NCBI GenBank assembly: GCA_965208535.1
Contig: CBDBOU010000003.1
Span: 132,638-196,637 of the forward strand
Direction of reading: 5' to 3'
DNA length: 64,000 nucleotides
Source of the DNA: Vicinamibacterales bacterium
Lineage (GTDB): Bacteria; Acidobacteriota; Vicinamibacteria; Vicinamibacterales; UBA8438
A model generated the notes under the pieces. It saw only the letters and a program-made list of their open reading frames with translations. It was not told where the DNA came from and did no database searches. Below, in pieces: positions 33,833 through 43,381 of this stretch. Each line of letters starts with the position of its first letter. Position 1 is the first letter of the stretch. The position numbers were made by a program, and so were the translations under genes.

Positions 33833-34717
33833 CTACGCGGAGGCTACGGCCCGCGCGGCGTCCAGGAAGGCCGCGGCGGCATGGGACCGCTCCCCGGCGC
33901 GACGGTACACCAGGCGCACCTGGCGGGGCAGTCGCAACTGGGCGACCTTGACCGCGGCGAGCTGCCCGCGGGCGATCTCGGCCAGGGCGCAGCGTTTCGG
34001 CAGCAGTGCCACGCCGAGGCCCATCTCCACCGCGCGCTTGATGCCGTCGAGGCTCGGCAGCCCGATCTGGATGTTGATCGACGTGTGCCGCTGCTCGTAG
34101 AGCCGCAGCACCCGCTCGCGGGCGGGCGACGCCTCGTTGTGCGCGATGACGGTCTGGCGGCCGAACTCCTCCATCGTGATGCGCGAGCGCCCCGCCAGGG
34201 GATGCCCGGGTTCGATCAGCATTACCAGCTCGTCCTCGCCGAGCGAGAGCGACTGCAGGCCCCGTTCGCGCGGGGGAAAGGTCAGCACCCCGAAGTCCAA
34301 TGAGCGGCTGAGCACCTCCTTGGCCACCTGCCGGGCGGAGACACGGCGCACCTCCACCTGCGCGTGCGGATGGTCCGCGCGGAAGCGTTCGACGACCGGG
34401 AGCAGGACGTGCACCGCCCCTTCGTTGGCCCCGATCAGCACGCGGCCCCGGCGCAGGTCCTGCAATTCGCGGACGGCGCTCTCCGCCTCTTCCTTGAGGG
34501 CCGTGAGGCGCTGTGCGTAGTCGAGCAGCAGCTTGCCCGCCTCGGTCAACTGGCCGCCCTTCGACGAGCGGTCGAACAGCCGTTCGTCCAGCTCGTCTTC
34601 CAGCCGCCGGATCGCCTGGCTGACGGCCGGCTGCGTCCGGTGCAGCCGCTCGGCCGCGCGCGAGAAGCTGCGCTCGTGGGCGACGGTGAGGAAGACCTGC
34701 AGCTCGGCGAGATCCAT
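33833..34717 (-). CDS. LysR-family transcriptional regulator
   Basis: SFSRAAERLHRTQPAVSQAIRRLE HTH; substrate-binding domain. Confidence 0.95.
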   Translation of the reverse strand: MDLAELQVFLTVAHERSFSRAAERLHRTQPAVSQAIRRLEDELDERLFDRSSKGGQLTEAGKLLLDYAQRLTALKEEAESAVRELQDLRRGRVLIGANEGAVHVLLPVVERFRADHPHAQVEVRRVSARQVAKEVLSRSLDFGVLTFPPRERGLQSLSLGEDELVMLIEPGHPLAGRSRITMEEFGRQTVIAHNEASPARERVLRLYEQRHTSINIQIGLPSLDGIKRAVEMGLGVALLPKRCALAEIARGQLAAVKVAQLRLPRQVRLVYRRAGERSHAAAAFLDAARAVASA

Positions 34718-34844
34718 GGCGTGCGCCGGACAGCACCGCGACCGGGCGTGACCTGATGGCGCTCAAGCTCACGTCGGACGGGAGGCCCGGCGTCGGTTCG
34801 TGGGACGGCCCGCCCGCACGGACTCGGCCGCCCGCGCTTAACTA

Positions 34845-36630
34845 GTGTCCGGCAGAAAACCCCTCAAGTTGTTGATTCTACGGGATATCTCGCGGATTTC
34901 AGGTGGCGAAGATCGCCCGAATCCCGTATTCTTTGGGGGTGATTCCCCAAGAATCGGCCCATTTCGGGCAGATCTTCGCGACATTGACATCATGAGAGAA
35001 GTTCACAGGTCACAGCTCCAGCTCGGTGAGGTGTCCATCGACAAGATCCGGATCAACCCGAAGTCGCGGGACGATATTCCCGCGGTGCTGAAAGGGCTGC
35101 AACACATCTGGTCTGACGAGGCATTGCGCGAGCAGTTGTATGCGCTGCTGGACGAGCATATTCTGCCGGAGGCCGACCGCACGGTCGGGCGTCCGGGAAT
35201 GGACCTGTGGCAGATCCTTGTGTTGGGAGTCCTGAAGCAGGGGTTGGGCTGCGACTTCGACCGTCTTCATGAATTGACGAACCATCACGATACGATACGC
35301 GCATTCCTGGGCCACAGCGACTTCGGTGACGAGACGCATTACGAGTACCAGACGGTGGTTGACAACGTGTCGTTGTTGACGCCGGAGTTGTTGTCGGCGG
35401 TGGGGCGCCTGGTGGTGGAGAGTGGTCACAAGGTCGCTAAAAAAAAGCCTGGCGAGCCATTGCGCGGGCGGTGTGATTCGTTCGTGGTCGAAACCGACGT
35501 GCACTATCCCACGGATGTCAGCCTGTTGTGGGACGCGGTGCGTTGTCTGGTGCGGGAGACCGGACGGGCGGCTGCGCAGCACGGGGTGCGCGGTTGGCGT
35601 CAGTGGAGCCACCTGACGCGAGAGGTCAGGAACCTGTTCAACAGGGTGCGCTCGACGCGGCGAGCGAAGCGGCACCCGGAGCGGGTGGAGGCGTATGTGG
35701 AGCGCTGCCGGGGGCTGGTTGAGCGCGCGGATTCAACGCTGGACGCGTTGCGGGATCAGGGCGCGGCGGAAATCACCTGCTGCTCGATTGCCGGCTTTGT
35801 CGCGCATGCGCGCCGGCAGATGGATCAGGTGGAGCGGCGGCTTCTGCGTGACGAGACGATTCCTCACTCGGAGAAGGTCTTTTCGATTTTCCAGGAGCAC
35901 ACGCGATGGATTTCGAAAGGCAAGGCGGGGACGCCGGTTGAACTCGGAGTTCCTGTCGCCCTGATCGAAGACCAGTTTGGATTCATCCTTCACCATGAGG
36001 TTCTGTGGAAGGGCGAGGATGTGGACGTGGCGGTGCCGATGGTGCAGGAAGCGCAGGCGCGGTATCCGGAGTTGCGGGCGTGCAGTTTCGACCGGGGCTT
36101 TCACAGTCCTGACAACCGGGTCCGGCTCGATGGGCTGCTTGATGTCAACGCCTTGCCGGGCAAAGGATATCTTTCGAAGGCCAACCAGGAGCGGGAAGCG
36201 GAGGAGTCGTTTGTGGCGGCGCGGCGTGCGCATCCGGCGGTCGAGTCTGCCATCAATGGATTGGAGCATCGCGGACTCGACCGTGTTCGAAGCCATGGCG
36301 CGGATGGGTTTGCGCGCACGGTTTCCTTGTCGGTGCTGGCGGCCAACCTGCATCGCATCGGGTTGCTTCTGCAGAAGCGTGAGCGCAAACGACGACAACG
36401 CGTCGCCTGACTCAGCCGGTTCTTGCAAGTACCATCGGATTGCTGCCGCCGCAAGACGGCAGGGTGTTACTGTCCTTGGAATAGGGCATCCGGGCTGATC
36501 TCCTGCTCTTCGCTACCCGCAGTCTGGCCGGACTGCCTCCCTCGCGGCCGGATTCGCCCCCGAAATCACGTCCACGATCCACGAATTCGTCTCAGAATCT
36601 CGCTCGAAACGGGGGTTTTCTGGCTGCCAC
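34845..36630 (+). mobile_element. Complete insertion sequence (ISNCY/IS5-like) with TIRs and 6-bp target duplication
   Basis: TIRs GTGTCCGGCAGAAAACCCC / GTGGCAGCCAGAAAACCCC (16/19); TAACTA at 34839-34844 and 36631-36636. Confidence 0.9.
34992..36410 (+). CDS. Transposase (ISNCY/IS5-like DDE)
   Basis: KSRDDIP, GRPGMDLW, CDSFVVETDVHYPTD, SFDRGF, VESAIN. Confidence 0.9.
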   Translation: MREVHRSQLQLGEVSIDKIRINPKSRDDIPAVLKGLQHIWSDEALREQLYALLDEHILPEADRTVGRPGMDLWQILVLGVLKQGLGCDFDRLHELTNHHDTIRAFLGHSDFGDETHYEYQTVVDNVSLLTPELLSAVGRLVVESGHKVAKKKPGEPLRGRCDSFVVETDVHYPTDVSLLWDAVRCLVRETGRAAAQHGVRGWRQWSHLTREVRNLFNRVRSTRRAKRHPERVEAYVERCRGLVERADSTLDALRDQGAAEITCCSIAGFVAHARRQMDQVERRLLRDETIPHSEKVFSIFQEHTRWISKGKAGTPVELGVPVALIEDQFGFILHHEVLWKGEDVDVAVPMVQEAQARYPELRACSFDRGFHSPDNRVRLDGLLDVNALPGKGYLSKANQEREAEESFVAARRAHPAVESAINGLEHRGLDRVRSHGADGFARTVSLSVLAANLHRIGLLLQKRERKRRQRVA

Positions 36631-36635
36631 TAACT

Positions 36636-36650
36636 ATAGCTTGAGGTTAT
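36636..36650. promoter_or_regulatory. LysR-type T-N11-A dyad at the IS insertion site
   Basis: ATAGC-TTGAG-GTTAT abutting the right target duplication. Confidence 0.5.
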
Positions 36651-36691
36651 GAAAATGACGCGTCAATAATCTCGATGCGTCCAAGTGTCCG

Positions 36692-36748
36692 CCAGGAGCT
36701 TGCGCCGCAGAACGCGGTGCAGCGGGGTTCCGCGACGCAAGGTCATGG
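36692..36748. repeat. Short palindromic element (CCAGGAGC terminus), degenerate
   Basis: CCAGGAGCTTGCGCCGCAGAAC pairs imperfectly with GTTCCGCGACGCAAGGTCATGG; 22 bp identical to 37362-37383. Confidence 0.6.
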
Positions 36749-36796
36749 AGCGGGGGATGAGCCGAGACGCCGAGCCAGCGAGGCGTCTCGAGGCGG

Positions 36797-37504
36797 TCAG
36801 TCGACGACGAAGCTGAACAGCTTGAACTCCCCGTCGCGCTCGAGGATCGAGCCGAACAGGGCGAGTCGCACTTCCTCGCCTTCCTCGTCCAGCAGGTCGA
36901 GGAAGGTCTCCCGGTGCACCTTGTAGCTCCGGTACTGCGACGTCTCTCCCGCGAACCGCACCCCGACCAGCTCGTACCGGCGTCCGCCGTAGCGGGCGAC
37001 GAGGCGGCGAAAGGCGTTGTTGCTCTTCTGGTGGAGGTCGCCCCAGACGTAGTCGAACGGCACGTTGCGCTCGGGTCGGCTGGCTGGCAGGTCCGGCCAC
37101 ACGGCGTTGCGGAACTCGACCTCGTCGAGCGCCAGGGCGCGGAGCGTATCGGCGTCGTTGTCGGCCAGCGCGGTCAGCACCGCCCGGCTCAGGCCTTCCG
37201 GCGACGGGAACGTGTGGTGGAGCGGCGACAGAGGCGGATCGCCCTCGGCGCCGCCGGTGCACGCACCGCCCGCGAGGCAGAGCAATGCGACGGCGCAAGC
37301 AACAGAGACGGAGACCCCGCGCGATGCACGGCCTCCGATACGAGTCAGGTAGAGCGAATCGGCCAGGAGCTTGCGCCGCAGAAACGCAACGAAGCGAGTT
37401 CTGCAGCGCAAGCTCCCGGGGCGGTGGAGGTTGGGCCCGAACACGGCGCCTTGCGTCGGGTTTGGCGGCGCTAGTTGGCCGAGAAGTCGGTCCATCCCGT
37501 CCAC
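36797..37504 (-). CDS. Putative lipoprotein, hypothetical (true start uncertain)
   Basis: Hydrophobic stretch and LAGGAC lipobox; plausible globular C-terminus. Confidence 0.6.
   Translation of the reverse strand: MDGMDRLLGQLAPPNPTQGAVFGPNLHRPGSLRCRTRFVAFLRRKLLADSLYLTRIGGRASRGVSVSVACAVALLCLAGGACTGGAEGDPPLSPLHHTFPSPEGLSRAVLTALADNDADTLRALALDEVEFRNAVWPDLPASRPERNVPFDYVWGDLHQKSNNAFRRLVARYGGRRYELVGVRFAGETSQYRSYKVHRETFLDLLDEEGEEVRLALFGSILERDGEFKLFSFVVD
37363..37419. repeat. 57-bp palindromic element (CCAGGAGC...CTCCCGG)
   Basis: 21-bp arms CCAGGAGCTTGCGCCGCAGAA / CCGGGAGCTTGCGCTGCAGAA. Confidence 0.8.
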
Positions 37505-38865
37505 CAGTCGTCGTGGGTGTTGTCGTCGCTCTGCGGACCGACGGCGCCGATGAAGTCGGTCGTCTCGAAGAACCCGTCATGGGGGGGGAGCGCGGCGCGG
37601 ACGTAACCGGTGACCGCCGGCGAATCGTCGCTCGGCGTGGGGTCGGGGCTCTCCAGGTTGAACGGATCGGCCAGCTCGGGGTCGATCACGAAGACGAAGG
37701 GGCTGTCGGTCACGATGTCGCGCGTGGGGTACGTGGCGGCCATGTCGTCCTCGTCCGTCCGGTACTCGCCCGTGCAGCCGTCGACGGAGCAGTTGTCCCA
37801 TAGGATGCCGCTGGCCAGCGTCAGATGGCCATCGAGCGCCTGCGTGAAGGTGGCGTCGTGGTCGATGTCGATCGCATCTTCCTTGAAGCCCGTGACGATG
37901 AAGTTGCGGATCGTGCCCGCGGTGCCCTCGCGCAGCAGCATGCCGATGTCGCTCTCGTTGCCTTCGTCCGTGTCCGGGTCGCCGATCAGCGTCACGTTGT
38001 AGATGGTCGGGTTCGAGCGGGGCTCCAGGTTGTTGTTGTCGCCGTTGTTGTCGGACTCGAAGCCGTTGTCGGCGTCGTCGCTGCTCTGGATGGCGAGCCA
38101 GAACTGGCCCTTGCCCGTCCAGCCGTCGGTCCAGTCGAAGCTGTCGTCGGCGATGCCGAAGCAGATGACGTGCTTGGCCTCGACGGTGCCGCCGAAGAAC
38201 TCCACCCCGTCGTCCTTGTTGTACTTGACCATGATGTGGTCCACCGTGGTCCCGCTGCCGACGCCCTGGAACGCGATGCCGTTCAGCTCGTTGTCGGGGC
38301 TGAACTCGGTGCCGGCGAACTCGACGCGGACGTACTCGAGGATGCCGCTGCTGTCCTCCGGATCGTCGCCGCCGTAGGTGCCGGTGTCGCCTTCGCCCTC
38401 CGCCTCGCCGCCCTCGATGTTGAGCGGCGCCCTGCCGTTGATGATCAGGCCGCCCCAGTCGCCCCGGGCGCGCTCGCCGTCGAGCTGGTCGCTGGTCATG
38501 ACGATGGGCGCGTCGGCCGTGCCGTGGGCGTGAATCTCGGCGCCCTGCGCGATGACCAGAGTGCCGTTGGTCGCCGAATCGCCGTAGATCGTCGTGCCGG
38601 CCTCGATCTCCAGGATGGCCGGCTCTTCGATGAACACGGCGCCGATCAGCCGGTACTCGTTATCGGAGGTGAACTCCACGTCCGCCGTGAACGACCCCTT
38701 CACGGTGCAGATGTTGTCTTCGCAGTTTACGCCGTCCGCTATCTCCTGCGTGAACACCGGGTTGCTCCAGGCGATGGCCACGGCCATCACGGTCGCCATG
38801 AACACGCGCCCGGCCGACTGCCGGACTCGATGGCTTTCCAGCGTCATCAGTCCTGTTTCCTCCAC
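37471..38865 (-). CDS. Secreted acidic beta-helix-like protein, partner of the TonB-dependent receptor
   Basis: GDWGGLII, SGILEYVRVEFAG, DDGVEFFGG, DDSFDWTDGW, WWTGWT; directly downstream of the receptor. Confidence 0.75.
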   Translation of the reverse strand: MEETGLMTLESHRVRQSAGRVFMATVMAVAIAWSNPVFTQEIADGVNCEDNICTVKGSFTADVEFTSDNEYRLIGAVFIEEPAILEIEAGTTIYGDSATNGTLVIAQGAEIHAHGTADAPIVMTSDQLDGERARGDWGGLIINGRAPLNIEGGEAEGEGDTGTYGGDDPEDSSGILEYVRVEFAGTEFSPDNELNGIAFQGVGSGTTVDHIMVKYNKDDGVEFFGGTVEAKHVICFGIADDSFDWTDGWTGKGQFWLAIQSSDDADNGFESDNNGDNNNLEPRSNPTIYNVTLIGDPDTDEGNESDIGMLLREGTAGTIRNFIVTGFKEDAIDIDHDATFTQALDGHLTLASGILWDNCSVDGCTGEYRTDEDDMAATYPTRDIVTDSPFVFVIDPELADPFNLESPDPTPSDDSPAVTGYVRAALPPHDGFFETTDFIGAVGPQSDDNTHDDWWTGWTDFSAN

Positions 38866-38922
38866 TTGTGATTCGCGTGTGCAACGAATCGGTCCGTCAT
38901 CGCCCGGACGGCGTCCCGCCGG

Positions 38923-41841
38923 TCAGGGGCGCCAGGTGATTCCGAAGCTGATCGAGCGTCCCAGGTTGTAGGTGCGCTGGGTCGGGCCGTCCGCGCCCTG
39001 CGTGTACACGTAGTCCTGGTCGGTCAGGTTCGACAGGGCGACCTTCAGGCTCGCCTGGTCCCAGCGCGTCGAGAAGACGAGGTCGAGCGACTGGCGTCCC
39101 TTCTCGACGATGTCGGGCAGCCCCAGGGAGCCGACGTCGCTGATGCGGTCGTCGAAGTAGTTCCAGAGCAGGCGGCCGGAGAAGCCCGGGCCGCGAACTT
39201 CCAACAGCGCGTTGAGCAGGTTGGCCGAAGTGCCGGCAAGGGGCCGGACGAGCGAGGTTTGCACCTGGCGGGAGGCGGGCGACAGCGTCACCTCCGAATC
39301 GACGTAGGTGTAATTGGCGCCGACGAGGATGAACGGGCCGAGGAGGGAACGCACCTCCAGCTCGAGGCCGGCGTTCTGGGCGGTCTCGGCGTTGGTGAAC
39401 GACGTGCGCAACTGCGCGGTCGGCTCGACGATGCGCTCGATGGGGTCGTCGAACTGCTTGAAGAAGAAGCTCGCCGAGATGACCTCCTCGGCGCCCGGGA
39501 ACCACTCCCAGCGCGCGTCGAAGTTCTGGATCAGCGACTGCCGCAGGTTGGGGTTGCCGACCACGGCGCGTCCGCCGACCACGTCGGTGAACTCGAACGG
39601 CGAGACCTCGCGGAACTCGGGGCGGTTGACGGTCTGGCTGTAGCCGATCCGGATGTTCTGCTCGGTCGTCGCGGAGTAGACGAAGTTGACCGCGGGGAAG
39701 AGGTTCGTTTCGTCGAGCGACGCGGTCAGCACGTCGCCGGTCTGCTGGTCGAGCGTCCCCGCGAACGGATCGAGCGTCTCGACCTGCTGGGAGAACTGCT
39801 CGACGCGCGCGCCGGTGACAAGGCGGGTCCGCGCGGAGAGCGGCAGGTCGACCATGCCGTAGAACGCGCCGACGCGTTGCGCGGCGTCGTAGCGGTCGGT
39901 GCCGCGGGTCTCTTCCCGCAGCTCGAAGGCGCGGCCGATGTTGGCCGGAGCGAAGATCTCCTCGACCGGGGCCGACAGGTCGACGCCCGCGGCGTTGCGC
40001 GGCGTGAAGCGGAGGCGCCGCGACAGGAAATCGCGGTCCCGGTCCAGGTAGCTGCTGCCGAACTTCACCTGGGAGGCCAGGCCGTCCCACTGCTCGAACA
40101 GCGTGCTCCAGTTGCCCGAGGTCTCGACGGTGTTGTCGAGCAGGTCGTTGAACTGCCGCAGGCCGCTCTGCGACTCGTCCGCGAGGACGTAGGCCGAGCG
40201 GGCCGGGTCGAACTCGTAGAGCGCCTCGCGCAGGTCCGGCTCTTCCCGATCGGCGCGCGACAGGGCGATCTTCCAGTCGAGGCGGCTGTTCGAGAGCGTG
40301 GGGAAGAGGTGCTCGCCACCGAAGTGGTGGCTGCTGATCTGCTCCTCGACCCACCACAGCCGCTGGTTGCGGAGGTTCTCGCCGACGTCGTCGTTGTAGC
40401 CCTCGAAACGGCGGGTCTCGTTGGTGCCGACGTGGGTCAGGAAGTTCTCGAGCGACAGCCGCTGGTTCGGCGTGAACTGGTAGGCGATGTTGCCGACGCC
40501 GCCGATGACGCCCGACCGCTCGCTGATCTCGAAGTCGTACGGTCCGTTGAACGGCTCCACGCCACGCTGGCCCACCTTGTAGTACGTCTGCTGCTCGGTG
40601 TTGTACTGCGCGCTCTGCGCGTGGCGGAGGGTGGCGACGACCCCGAGCTTGCCGAAGCGGCCCCCGAACATCGCGCTGTACGACTGGTCGAGAGGCATGG
40701 TCTCCGGCCGGGGGTCCCACACGTTGTCGAACGACCGGCCGATCTCCCGCAGCTCGTCGGGCGTGAATCCGACGCCCGCGGGCGAGAAGCGCCCGCGGCG
40801 GGTCAACTTGTTGTCGGGGAAACCGGCCGGAAGCGACCGCGTGCCGTCGTCGAAGCCGGCCCAGTCGCGCCTGCCGCCGGGGTAGCCGAGGCCCAGCGCA
40901 CCGGTGGTCAGGCTGTTCCAGCCGCCCCCCGCCGACACCTCGAACGAGGTGGCGTCGGGCAGCTTCATCGGGACGATCTCGACCAGCCCGCCGGCGAATT
41001 GCGACGGCTTGTCGGGGGTGTAGGTCTTGCTCACCTGCACGCTGTCGATGAGGCCGGTGGGAAACAGGTCGAGGGGCACCACGCGGCGGTCCGGCTCGGT
41101 GGTCGGCAGGGTGACGCCGGCCAGCGTGGTGTTGCTGTAACGCTCGCCGAGGCCGCGGACGAAGACCGACTGGCCCTCGACGACCGAGATGCCGGTGACG
41201 CGCTGCATGGCGTCGGCGGCGTTCGAGTCGTCGTTGGCGGACATCTCGATGGCGCCGATGTTGTCCTGCACGGACGGGGCGCGCATGCGCATCATCATCT
41301 GGGCGGCGGCGGTGGACGAATCGGCCTCCAGGGTCGGGGCGCTGACCACCAGCTCCTCGGCGAACACGTTCGAGCCGAGGGCCACCTGCACGGGGGACAA
41401 CTGGCCCGCGACGACTTCGACGGTCACGTTCGTCTCGGCGTAGCCGGCCATCACGATGCGGATGTCGTAGGTGCCGGGGGGCAGCTCGAGGCGGTAGCGG
41501 CCGTCGATGTCCGTATAGGCGACCTGACCGCTGCCGACGGCCTCCACCGGGACGCCCGGGAGCGTGATCGCGAGGTTCGTGTCGATGACCTCGCCGGCGA
41601 CCCACCCCACCTCCTGGGCCTGCGCCGGCGCCGCGGCGACGACCGCCGACACCAGGACCGACCCCAGGAGCCCGTGGCAAAACCCCTGCTGCATTCGAGC
41701 GGCGCTGCATCCCGCGTGGACTGCGTTGGTTCTCGGGCGAATATGCCCAATATGCTCCCTCGTCGCGTCCTGCCACGCGGGCGCCTCCCAGCTTTCGGCG
41801 CCGCACCGGGGTTCACCACGGGCTCCTGGCTCTCTACGCAT
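38923..41841 (-). CDS. TonB-dependent receptor with N-terminal carboxypeptidase-regulatory-like domain
   Basis: TDIDGRYRL, plug (VRGLGERY, VPLDLFP), barrel, C-terminal Trp. Confidence 0.93.
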   Translation of the reverse strand: MRREPGARGEPRCGAESWEAPAWQDATREHIGHIRPRTNAVHAGCSAARMQQGFCHGLLGSVLVSAVVAAAPAQAQEVGWVAGEVIDTNLAITLPGVPVEAVGSGQVAYTDIDGRYRLELPPGTYDIRIVMAGYAETNVTVEVVAGQLSPVQVALGSNVFAEELVVSAPTLEADSSTAAAQMMMRMRAPSVQDNIGAIEMSANDDSNAADAMQRVTGISVVEGQSVFVRGLGERYSNTTLAGVTLPTTEPDRRVVPLDLFPTGLIDSVQVSKTYTPDKPSQFAGGLVEIVPMKLPDATSFEVSAGGGWNSLTTGALGLGYPGGRRDWAGFDDGTRSLPAGFPDNKLTRRGRFSPAGVGFTPDELREIGRSFDNVWDPRPETMPLDQSYSAMFGGRFGKLGVVATLRHAQSAQYNTEQQTYYKVGQRGVEPFNGPYDFEISERSGVIGGVGNIAYQFTPNQRLSLENFLTHVGTNETRRFEGYNDDVGENLRNQRLWWVEEQISSHHFGGEHLFPTLSNSRLDWKIALSRADREEPDLREALYEFDPARSAYVLADESQSGLRQFNDLLDNTVETSGNWSTLFEQWDGLASQVKFGSSYLDRDRDFLSRRLRFTPRNAAGVDLSAPVEEIFAPANIGRAFELREETRGTDRYDAAQRVGAFYGMVDLPLSARTRLVTGARVEQFSQQVETLDPFAGTLDQQTGDVLTASLDETNLFPAVNFVYSATTEQNIRIGYSQTVNRPEFREVSPFEFTDVVGGRAVVGNPNLRQSLIQNFDARWEWFPGAEEVISASFFFKQFDDPIERIVEPTAQLRTSFTNAETAQNAGLELEVRSLLGPFILVGANYTYVDSEVTLSPASRQVQTSLVRPLAGTSANLLNALLEVRGPGFSGRLLWNYFDDRISDVGSLGLPDIVEKGRQSLDLVFSTRWDQASLKVALSNLTDQDYVYTQGADGPTQRTYNLGRSISFGITWRP
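41664..41829 (-). mobile_element. 166-bp MITE inserted in frame in the receptor signal-peptide region
   Basis: TIRs CCAGGAGCCCGTGG at both ends; interior near-identical to 24395-24560. Confidence 0.88.
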
Positions 41842-42193
41842 GTGACTCCGTTCCCCGACATCGCATCCGGCGCGGCACGCGGCGCCGCCGCCGTCAAGGT
41901 TCCCTACACGATAGCGACGGGGTGTATCCGGTCGATGACCGTTCCGTTAAATCAACGTAAAACGTAGTGCGCGGGGCGCTGGCGGAGGCTGGCGGCTGCG
42001 CCGATAGGGATCCGAGGCGCCGGAGATCCGGCGCGTGCGTCCCGCGCTCGGTCGGCGCGTGCGGTCCGCTCGCGGCCGGCGCGGTCGACCGGCATAAAAT
42101 TGTGTGATTAAAGTGTAATGATTATAACTTTGACTTGCGGCATGCAAGCCGCGGTACAGTAAGAGGCATCGCATTCACTCACGCGGGAGCACC

Positions 42194-43381
42194 ATGTCCA
42201 AGGACCGATTGATCATCTTCGATACCACCTTGCGCGACGGCGAGCAGTCGCCCGGGTTCTCCATGAACACGGACGAGAAGATCCGGCTGGCGCGGCAACT
42301 CGAGGCGCTCGGCGCCGACATCGTCGAAGCCGGATTCCCGATTGCGTCGGACGACGATGCGCATGCCGTAGAGCTCATCGCCCAACAGATCCGGCGTCCG
42401 GTGATCGCCGCGCTCGCGCGCTGCAATCCGGCCGACATCGAGCGGGCCGGCGAATCGCTGCGGCCGGCCGAGCGCTCGCGCATCCACACCTTCATCGCCA
42501 CTTCCGACCTCCACCTGGAGCGCAAGCTGCGGATCGGCCGGGACCAGTGCCTGCAGGCGGTCACCGACGGCGTGACCCAGGCGCGGGGCTACACGGACGA
42601 CGTGGAGTTCTCGGCCGAGGACGCGACCCGCAGCGACATCGACTTCCTGTGCCGCGTCGTCGAGACGGCCATCGCGGCGGGGGCCACCACCATCAACCTG
42701 CCCGACACGGTCGGCTACTGCACGCCGGAGGAGATAGAGGAGTTCTTCACGGAGGTGCGCGGGCGGGTGCGCGGCGCCGACCGCGTCGTCTTCAGCGCGC
42801 ACTGTCACGACGACCTCGGGCTGGCGGTGGCCAACTCGCTGGCCGCGATGCGGGCCGGCGTGCGCCAGGTGGAGTGCACCATCAACGGCATCGGCGAGCG
42901 CGCGGGCAACGCGTCGCTCGAAGAGATCGTCATGGCGACGCGGGTCAAGCCCGACCGGCTGCCCTACACGACCGCCATCGACACGACCCGGCTCGTCCAG
43001 ACCAGCCGGCTGCTGTCGGAGCTGACGCAGGAGCCGGTGCAGGCCAACAAGGCCATCGTCGGCCGCAACGCGTTCGCGCACGAGGCGGGAATCCACCAGG
43101 ACGGCGTGATCAAGGACCGCCGCACCTACGAGATCATGACACCGGCGGACGTGGGCGTGGAGTCGACGCTCGTCCTCGGCAAGCATTCCGGACGGCACGC
43201 GGTGAAGAAGCGCTGCGAGGATCTGGGGCACGAGCTGAGCCGGTTCGAGCTCGATCGGGTCTACCGGGAGGTCATCGCGCTGGCCGACCGCCAGAAGTCC
43301 GTTAGCGACGACGACGTCGCGGCCATCGTCGGACGCCTGCAGGCCGCCGCGCCGGCCGTCGCCGGTGAAGGCGCCGCCTGA
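42194..43381 (+). CDS. leuA: 2-isopropylmalate synthase (short form without C-terminal regulatory domain)
   Basis: [34 protein letters not shown]; only 395 aa. Confidence 0.95.
   Translation: MSKDRLIIFDTTLRDGEQSPGFSMNTDEKIRLARQLEALGADIVEAGFPIASDDDAHAVELIAQQIRRPVIAALARCNPADIERAGESLRPAERSRIHTFIATSDLHLERKLRIGRDQCLQAVTDGVTQARGYTDDVEFSAEDATRSDIDFLCRVVETAIAAGATTINLPDTVGYCTPEEIEEFFTEVRGRVRGADRVVFSAHCHDDLGLAVANSLAAMRAGVRQVECTINGIGERAGNASLEEIVMATRVKPDRLPYTTAIDTTRLVQTSRLLSELTQEPVQANKAIVGRNAFAHEAGIHQDGVIKDRRTYEIMTPADVGVESTLVLGKHSGRHAVKKRCEDLGHELSRFELDRVYREVIALADRQKSVSDDDVAAIVGRLQAAAPAVAGEGAA

Noticed and set aside
41950-42193. Leucine attenuator/leader peptide upstream of leuA
   Set aside because: No short Leu-rich ORF or terminator/antiterminator with a U-tract visible
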